From assembly GCA_000165425.1 (NCBI GenBank), contig CT868119.1, positions 550,994 to 570,993 of the forward strand: 20,000 nucleotides of DNA. Reading direction: 5' to 3'. How positions within the stretch are numbered: the stretch's first letter is position 1; the number at the start of each line of letters is the position of its first letter. This DNA comes from Paramecium tetraurelia. Lineage: Eukaryota. The notes under the pieces were generated by a model that did not search any database, was not told the origin of the DNA, and worked only from the letters and a program-made list of their open reading frames with translations. The position numbers and the translations under genes are program-made. Of this stretch, positions 11,631 to 20,000 are shown piece after piece.

Positions 11631-12498
11631 ATGTCTTAGTAAATAAAATAAGTTGAAATAAAATAAGTTAGATCAACCTCATTCAATAATAATTATAAAC
11701 CTTACGATCGTCGATAGTCGTAACCTTTAAATTAGACATTTGAATAAAAGTAATTCGAGTACCATCAATCGAATTAATCCACTGGTTAAGACTTGGTTGA
11801 CAATGATAAACAAAACTAAATGTTACAAGTGTTGGAACAATAAATAAATATTAATTAGTATTTGGAGTAATAAGTTAACACATTGCAATAGTAACTGATA
11901 AAATAATAGAAAGTATTTAATGTTATTAAGTTTAATAAAGATTATTGAACAATAAAGTGATATATCTCATGTTTTAGAATAACTTAATGTATACAAAGAA
12001 ATAGTAGAATAATTGGAATTTAGACTTAAAGACATTTTGAAGGAAAATGACGAGTTAAATTAATTTAATTAAAAATAACAACAAAAAATATATTATCTGG
12101 AAGAGGAAATTCGAAAATATTAATAAATTATTGATGAAAAGATACATGAGTAAGTAAAAGGAGTGATGTCACCAGATGTTTAAAGAAAGATGAAGAGATT
12201 AATAGAAGAAAACGCCATTCTTAAACAAAGTAATAAATAAATGGAAGATGAAGTAAATGAATTAAGAAAGAGCTTAGAATAGTTCAAAGAGTCTATTTAA
12301 ACTCTTCATCTTCATAATAATACTTAGGATAATAATTATGTGGCAGAATTAGAAAATTAAATTCAATATTTTTAAGAGATGCAACAAATTGACTAACTAA
12401 AGATGCAAGCTTTGGAGGAAAAGTTAAATTTACTATAAAAAGAAAACTATTTATTACAAGACAATCTAAAATCAAAAAGGAAATAATATCAATCATGA
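11631..12498 (+). CDS. Hypothetical Gln/Glu/Lys-rich coiled-coil protein, 279 aa
   Basis: Code-6 ORF with a 28-nt intron at 11913-11940. Heptad-like segments (LEQQVNTLQQQL, LIEENAILKQSNKQMEDEVNELRKSLEQF); ends at TGA 12496-12498. Confidence 0.75.
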
Positions 12499-12852
12499 TT
12501 TTTATTTATCTAAAAATTTTTTATTAGAATTTCTAATAGTATATAACTCTCTGTTTCTATTTACAATAATAGATTTCTTGAGCTATATCAATTTCTTCAT
12601 TTTTGGATGCTATTCCAAAAGTTGCTTTAAAAGTCTAATATCACATTCTTGTTGATGTAAATATTTTAATTGAACTCATTTATCCTTGAGTCATTGCAAT
12701 ATCTTAAAAGATTATTATTGCAATAATTCTTGTCTATAAATCAAAATAGCATTAGAATGGATAGCGTTTCTATTATTAATTGATGATTTTCTTTTTTTAA
12801 GTTGATTTCTTACTTTTATAAATATTGAAATTAACTTTCAGACATTAAATTA

Positions 12853-13622
12853 ATGGAATATAATGAAATAAAGTAACAGGTAACCAAATGATAAATTCTA
12901 GATTGTTTCCAATATAAAGGAAAACAAATAAAAAATTAAGGACCTTTAAGTATTCTTGAAAACCTAGCACAATGAATATAGTGAGGCGTAAGAAAAGTTA
13001 GAGGAAGAAAAATAAAGAAGGAGAAAGGCAAAAAGTTCAAAAAACAAATTTTCTAGCTTTGAAAATGCAATCAATAGACCCCCATTTTTTAGTGCTACTC
13101 ATGTTTAGTAAACGTTTCATGAATAACCATTTATTGACAATGAAGTACCAGCATTGACAGCAACCTAAAAAGAAGAACTTATTATGCCATAAAGAAATAA
13201 AAGTCCAAGCTCAAGTATGAATAATAATAATTTTGCAGTTACTTATAAAATTGACCATCCATTATCAAAATTACAAAGCGATTTTCCTGCTTTGAAACCA
13301 AATTAAATGAGTGAAAAGGAAATGAAGAGATTGGAGTATTGGCAAACTATTACAAACTAAACAACAAAGTTGTAAATCGAAGAAGTACTGTTTTATTTGA
13401 CATTAGCAAAATAAATAATTGATTGGAAGTTTGAAGAAAAAAGAATTAGAATAAAAACATACATAAGTATTTTAATTAGCAAATACAAATTTACGACTTT
13501 TGGACCCTAAACCATCATTAATCTCAGAAAATCCATTAACACCAAGAAGACTATAAAAGCTAATAACTTTGCCAAGATTATATGAAAAAAAAGTGTGGAC
13601 TCCTAACAATAATTATTTTTGA
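12853..13622 (+). CDS. Hypothetical protein, 241 aa
   Basis: ATG 12853 with two 22-nt GTA..TAG introns (12880-12901 and 13385-13406) giving a continuous frame to TGA 13620-13622. Confidence 0.75.
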
Positions 13623-13950
13623 TTCATTTTCATTAAATAGATCTAATAAAATAATATTAAATATTGAATAATAACTTATTGCACATTGCAAACACTTAAA
13701 ATTACTCAGTTTTTATATTAATATCTCATCTTTTTTTTTTTTTAAAGTTTTATATTCATTTTCAATAGAAATTATTATAAAATTATATAAATTATCTAAT
13801 GGTTAGGTGAACCAATATATATATCCTTATCTAATTCATAAAATAAACTATTTTAAATAAGAATAGATTTTGTAATAATAATGAAGGAATTGTAATATAA
13901 AATATTTATATATATCCGAAAAAAATAAAATAAAAAATCATTCTTTTTAA

Positions 13951-14180
13951 GTAGATTGCCACCATCCTCAAAAGAGATTCTTTAAAATCTAGTTATATTT
14001 ATCTTTTGGGTCAAGTCTAGTTCGGCTTACACTCTAAAGGTATTAATTTGGCTAAAGTTCTCTTCATTGACAAAAGGTGGTCAAGTGAAGTTCTCTAGCA
14101 AATACCTCACAATAAATCAGTTCGGGTAACGTAAGCCGAACTAGAAATGGTTTATAGTCTCTACATGGAAATAGAGACCA
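13951..14180. ncRNA. Candidate structured non-coding RNA or fold-back element of unknown family
   Basis: Island visibly richer in G/C than its AT-rich intergenic flanks. A perfect 15-bp inverted repeat (14016-14030 / 14131-14145) encloses nested helices, with two further hairpins and a closing stem. Strand not determined. Confidence 0.55.
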
Positions 14181-14371
14181 ATTAATTTTCAAACAAAAAT
14201 AATATTAAAAATTTAACAGAAAATTTACATTTAAATAGTTAAATCAAATCGGTTTGTGAATAAAATGAAGATTAATTAATATTAGCAATTCTTAAAGAAC
14301 CATAAAAATTTATATTCTGTAATTTAAATATATATATAATAAGAATTAACACAGCATTATTCAAAGTAAAA

Positions 14372-14652
14372 TCACTTTCTATATTCATTTTTAAGTATTT
14401 TTATCTTGCATTGATCTTTGAGAATCTACTCAAAGTAATATTTTTTCTCTATTTTAAAATCTCTCTCTGACCTTTCCTCTGATGAGAGTGCAATTTCTTT
14501 ATTTTCATAGCCCTAAAATGTCTTCTGCACTCTATTTTACTATAATTTGTAAAGTCAAAATTACTTGGTCATACCTAGCCAGATTTGAAGCAAATGATTA
14601 AATTGAAAATGTCTTGTAATCTTAATTAGATTAAATAACATTGAAGAATCAT
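14372..14652 (-). CDS. Possible small hypothetical protein (weak model)
   Basis: Coding-like frame YKTFSIQSFASNLARYDQ|QNRVQKTFQGYENKEIALSSEERSERDFKIEKKYYFEQILKDQCKIKILKNEYRK* using a 25-nt GTA..TAG intron. Reaching an ATG requires a second, atypical 19-nt intron. Confidence 0.3.
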
Positions 14653-14750
14653 ATTATAAAATAATGAGACAGTATATTTCATATATATATATTTAAATAA
14701 TAAAAGAAATATCTGTATAATTAAATCTTGTTGCTTAAATGTAATATATT

Positions 14751-16840
14751 TCAAACAATGTTTAAAAATAACTTTAAGTCTTTTACTAACTACCAGTCAT
14801 CCAAAGTTAAGTCTTCTCTGTAATGTTCTTTTAATATATCAATAGCTCTTCTTGTAATCTAAGGAAATGAAATCATTAAATACCAAACTTGCTAGTTTTG
14901 TTTCTAAAGTGATTTGCTTTCCAGCCTATATAGCTTAATTTGTTCCAATTCTTAAGGCAACTGCTCCTGTGGTAGCTCTGGCTTCTTTCAAACTCTTATG
15001 ATTTAATTCAATAGTCTCCACAATTCCAATTTTATTTTTGTTACTATTTTAATCATAAATGCATAAAGGTGTTCCTGTTTTTAATATTCCTTATTCAACT
15101 TCAACACCTAAAATTAATGGCTCCTTTGTATTGATAATACGAACTATCTAATTTAGTATTAAAGATTTAATACCTTTAATAATGAGGGAAATACAACATC
15201 AGCAGCTTCCTTTTTCTTTCTTTCTTCTTTGACTTACTTAATAAACTCAGTAAACTTAGTAAATAAATGATAAATGATGTTTGCTTCAAAAATCTTGATT
15301 TAATTTTCCTCAGCAAACTTCTAAGCATCAGGCAATATTTTTACATCGAAAACCAACATACAAGCATATCTAGAAATTACATATATATATACTCTTTCTT
15401 TCTTCTATTTACATCTTCCAACAGCACATTTTTCAAGGCTTTCATTACATCATCTTTTGATACTGGCCCAACGCTAACATATGAAACAGGAATGTCTTAA
15501 CTATTCAAATATTGTAGAAGAGCTTCTAATGAACCCAAAGTAGATGCTGCAACTCCCACTCCTTAATTTTATAGTTTTATGTATTTTTTGACCTCCTCCA
15601 TCTCATTATTAATTATTTCGGTTGCTCTATCGATATCTTCTTAGGAATTAGCCAAATACATCTGAGATCCTGCCATAGCTTCCTCTAAACCTACTGCAGA
15701 TATTTTTAGACCCATAGATGCATATATAATATCATGATGAATATACTCGCCTTTAACTCTCATTTCTTTCATTGGATGAGGAGTTAAAAGAGCTCTCACC
15801 TTAGTTACTATGGGGCCTTGGAAACCTGCTAATATAATTTTGTCATCCTTTTTTATTTGACCATCAATCAATAGGCAATCTATTGTAGTACCATGTCCCT
15901 CTGTAACTTTCTTCTCTAACACAGTACAATTGAATTATTCCTTAACTTTAATTTTATTCTTCATATACACTGATGTGTATTTCACGATTACGGACAACAA
16001 ATCAGGAATACCTTCTCCAGTGAATCCAGATGTAGGGACGACTGAAATGTAAGTTTTAGGATCTTCATTCTCCCAAAAAAAGGCAACATTGAATCCTTTC
16101 TCTGCTAGTTAAGTAATCACCTATTGTCTTTTTGTATCATAATCCATTTTACAGTTTTTAGTTTGATTTTATAATTGATAATATGAGGAGGCATTTTTCT
16201 TATTTTTCCATTCAACACATCTATCTATTTTGTTCAATGCAATAATAAATGGAGTTTTTCTCAACTTTAATAGTTCTAAGGATTCCAATGTTTAATTTTC
16301 TAATCCATGCATTAAATCAATAACTAAAATAGCTAAATCACACAAAGATGATCCTCTAGTTCTTAGGTTGGAAAATGATTCATGCCCAGGTGTATCAATA
16401 ATTAATAATCCAGGGATATTGCAATCAACTGGATAGAACTATTAAGTTTTTATTAGCTCCTCTTTCAATTTCTTGGCTGGAAAGAAGGTAGCACCAATTT
16501 ATTATGTAATACCTCCTGCTTCACCCTCTTAAACATTAGTATTTCTAATCTTGTCTAAAAGAGTTGTCTTACCTGTATCAACATGTCCTAAAATACAACA
16601 AATAGGAGATCTTAATTCACCTACAGGTTTGTATAAATCTAAAATTTCTTTCTTTATTGTTGAAGAATAAGATTATTGTAATATTTATTATTCTTATTAT
16701 CTTTTTTAATCTTCTACTTGTTGTTTTTCTTATTTATCTTTCTCCTGTTATAGTTATTCCGCTTCTCCTTCCTCAACAAATTGTTCCCAACTTTCGATAT
16801 CCTCAACTTCATTTTATTTTATGGTCACTTCCTCTTTTAC

Positions 16841-16884
<44 letters not shown>

Positions 16885-17725
16885 TCTAAGGTTATTATTT
16901 TATTTCTGCTGCTTATTATTATTTTTCAGGCTGCTTTTATTCTACTTTTTATTCAGGTTGTACAGTTTCTTCTGGTTTTTATACTGTTGCTTCTACTTAT
17001 TGATTCTGCTGGCCTGGTTGTTTTTTTTTCTTTTTCACAATGTTCGATTTATTACCAGCATCATCTACTTTAATTCCTAATTATTCTCTCATGAATTTAA
17101 GCTTCTCCTCCTCTTCAAGTTGTTTTTTTGTTTTATATTCCCCCTTCTTCAATAACTCATCTTTTTTCTTTTACTTGTCTTACCTTCTCTTTTCCTCTTC
17201 TTACTTTCTGCGTTCCTCTTCCTCCTATTCAATTCTTATTCTTTCTTCTTCTAATTTCCTTAATCTTTCTTCTTCTTCCCTTATTTTTCTTTATTCTTCT
17301 TCCTTTATTTTTTGCATCTCAAGTGCTTTCTAAGCTGCAGCATTTAGCTTTTTTCCTGGTTTCTCTGGTTTTTTTTCGGGGACCTATGCTTATTATTATT
17401 ATGGCTATTGTTCTGGCACATTTTTCTTCTTTTCTGCCTATTTTGCTTTTTTTTCCTTCTTTTTTTCAGCTTTCTTTTTTGCTTCTTCATCCAATTCTTA
17501 TTCTTAGGGTGCCTTAGATGCTAGTATTTTATCTAATTCATCATCTGAATCATTCTTTTTATTTTTATTTTTTTTTGTTTCTTTTTTTGTATTTTTAGGT
17601 CCCTCATCCTTTAGAGCCACTTATTCTTCTGCTTCATTTTCTTCTTCTACTTACAAGAACTTAGAGCCTTCATTTTAAGGTTCTTGATCTGATCCTTCTG
17701 ATTCTTCTTGTAAAAATTTCGACAT
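14751..17725 (-). CDS. EIF5B: Eukaryotic translation initiation factor 5B (IF2-family GTPase), 966 aa
   Basis: Translation includes [89 protein letters not shown] and C-terminal [21 protein letters not shown]. Long K/E/Q-rich N-terminal extension. Introns at 14859-14883, 15148-15173 and 15370-15392. Confidence 0.97.
16844..16882 (-). repeat. (TAA)13 trinucleotide repeat encoding poly-Gln inside eIF5B
   Basis: Thirteen perfect TTA units on the + strand, in frame as TAA codons on the - strand: PQK-Q13-KVKEEV. Confidence 0.9.
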
Positions 17726-17799
17726 TATTTAATTAATGTTTTAGAATCACATATTTAAAAGTTTTTAATTCTTTAATAATAGTTTAAAATTTTTAAAAC

Positions 17800-18810
17800 T
17801 ACAGGAAAAATTCATAAACTCTCTCACCTAATTTTAGAGTCTCAATTATTTGGTTGTTCTGAATGCACATCCATTTCCTCATTCTTGATCTTTCAAATAT
17901 ATGTCTATTAAATCAAAAAAATCTATTAAAGCATCATCCTCAAACTCTTACTTAACTTCTAATACTCTCAAACAATAATTGACTCACAATTACTTGAGAT
18001 GTGATTTTCATTAATATTTTCTTATTGCAATTAATTATTTCTAATATCCATCTTCCAAAACTTGTAACAATGATAAAATTGATGCAATTCAATTTATGAT
18101 GATAAGTAAATTTGCATCAACTTAGATGTTAATTAATAATCTCTCCCAAATGAATTTTTTCAATTAGCCATACCTATATATAATAAACTATCTGATATTT
18201 TATTCGAACCCTAATTTATTAATTACTCATCTTATTTGATAGCAAATCACATCATTCCTTTCAATTCCAATATAATCTTAAGCGAGATTGCTATTGAAAA
18301 TTTCATAATCCTGCGCTTCATTTTTATTGCTTTTCTCTTAGTTATTTCCCTTTCAAAAAGTGCATACATTTAAAATCAAGTAAAAATCTTCTCCTTTTAT
18401 GTTTAAGTTGGGAACTTTCACTTTGAAGTTATCCAAATTGATAATCATTTTTATTACTTAAATAATATTCGAAAATTATAATTTTTTATTGCTATTCCTA
18501 ATAGAAGTAGTTCAGAAAGCAGCACTTTGTAAAAATTACTTTCAAGTGGCGATAACTGTAGAGAAGCAGAGAAGGGGTCATTGATTCCATATCTCCTTAA
18601 TTATAAAATTATCAATATTTATTTAAATATATGTTGATTTAGTTATTTTTATTACTTGATTTTGGTTTATTCCTTGATTATTGGAATTTCTCAACCACCG
18701 ATTTCGCATATCTCTTATTTGATCAGTTCTATCATTATAAAATTGTACTTTTATTTCCATCCGAAACATCCTTTTCTTTCCCCTCAAACAGAGATATAAA
18801 ATGATGTTCT
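17800..18810 (-). pseudogene. Possible degenerate gene remnant (boundaries approximate)
   Basis: Coding-like fragments (RYGINDPFSASLQLSPLESNFYKVLLSELLLLG; LRVLEVKQEFEDDALIDFFDLIDIYLKDQE*GNG) are interrupted by TGA codons, and I could not build a consistent spliced model. Confidence 0.3.
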
Positions 18811-19382
18811 AAGTTAAATTGTATTTAAATTAAACTCACTCAATACTCAATTTGATTAAAACAAGATAATTTAATATATTAAAGCAAACCAAGAATTATT
18901 ACAATGTCAATTTCAAAGTCTAATAATTATCCCATATTCTAAATATCAAGAATTCACTTTTCTGCAGTCAACACAATAAGCTCAAAGTTTTAACTAAGTT
19001 TGAGCTTCTTCTTAAATAGATAAATAGTATGCTATTTTGATTAGTGGTATAAGTCTTAAAATAGAAATTCACTACTTTTTTCTTAATATAAAATTATCCT
19101 CAACAAATTAGAATTTCAAAATTCATATAGATGTAGAGCTATTGGATAACGTAAAGAAAATAAAACTTAATTAAAGTTGGTTTGATAAGTCACTGAAAAA
19201 TCTAGCTAAGTGAAATTTAATTTGGAAGAATCAACAGACTCAATTAATTGATTATATATGATAAGATTTTAATGGAATAAATATAACAAATCCCCATTAT
19301 AGATTAATTTAGCTAATAATTATTAGTTTATTGTTGTGGTAATCAGTAAACTTATCTGATTGAAAAACAAAATTATGATTAT

Positions 19383-19637
19383 TTCATCAAATACGAAGGA
19401 AGATTTTAGATAAACGGGATCAAATCTGGAGAGTGGAACAATATTTATTAATTGAAATATATTCATCTCTTAATTTAGATCAGAATATCGGATTGTGGTT
19501 TAGATTGGATGAAAAACAGATTATGGATTGAATTTTAGAGTGTTTTGATAATACAAAAGAAAGCAATTAGAAAGGATGGCATCAAATATAAAAGTGAAAT
19601 AGGTAGAAACGAATTTTGGATTAAATATGATGATTGA
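19383..19637 (+). pseudogene. Fragment resembling MORN-like (G-x-Y/F..G-x-K-x-G-x-W) repeat proteins
   Basis: Frame FIKYEGRFQINGIKSGEWNNIYQ...MKNRLWIEF...GRNEFWIKYDD* shows eroded K-x-G-x-W repeat units. No clean start or upstream continuation found. Confidence 0.35.
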
Positions 19638-20000
19638 TAATTTTAATAAATTATAATTTACAATTAATTTTTTAATAGAGAATTTGCTCTTATTTATTTA
19701 TTAGAATCAAACTTAAAGATTACTAGTGTTTTATTAAAAAATATCCAAAAATTAAATATCCAATTGGTTTATTTGCTATCGATTTTTAATTTAACTATTA
19801 ATAAACTCATATAATGAATACATAAAAATATCATAAATACTCAATAAAATATCTTTCATCGCGATTGTATCTCAACTATCTCGTTGAAGCGCTTATTAAG
19901 CTTTGAAAAATGGAAGCACAATTCTATGTGAATAGTCTTTATAGCACAATAATTATTCCATTGCACATTAATTTATGAAACTTTCTATGGAAAATAGTCT

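Noticed and set aside
12500..12845. Possible - strand gene starting at ATG 12845
   Set aside because: The frames are interrupted by TGA and no convincing splicing model rescues them. It may be a remnant.
14146..14178. U17/snR30 identity suggested by AAACCAT and TTCCATG on the - strand
   Set aside because: The motifs sit at the 5' end of the - strand structure about 10 nt apart, rather than across an internal loop of a 3' hairpin followed by an ACA box. Not supportable without a covariance-model search.
13951..14180. Telomerase RNA or RNase P/MRP identity for the structured island
   Set aside because: There is no C4A2-type template on either strand and no complementary P4 pseudoknot strands with recognisable CR-I/CR-V motifs.
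16657..17517. Four overlapping hydrophobic Leu/Phe/Ile/Ser-rich + strand ORFs in the supplied track
   Set aside because: They are antisense shadows of the K/E/Q-rich N-terminus of eIF5B on the - strand, not membrane proteins.

Overview
AT-rich, very compact eukaryotic DNA that reads as a ciliate macronuclear chromosome segment, most likely Paramecium. Conserved genes only translate if TAA/TAG encode Gln and TGA is the sole stop (genetic code 6), and they carry tiny 22-28 nt GT..AG introns, so the supplied standard-code ORF track is mostly fragments and antisense shadows. Recognisable genes: a GAF-domain free methionine-R-sulfoxide reductase (1632-2123 +), a P5A-type ATPase (2138-5809 +), a divergent uridine-kinase-like protein (5912-6847 +), a START-domain protein (8325-9295 -), EMG1/NEP1 (10899-11604 -) and eIF5B (14751-17725 -). 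There are also several hypothetical or coiled-coil genes and apparently decayed genes at both ends. The most striking unexplained feature is a roughly 230-nt non-coding island (13951-14180) with a perfect 15-bp inverted repeat and nested helices, a candidate structured ncRNA that I could not assign to a known family by eye. All translations and pairings were done by hand.
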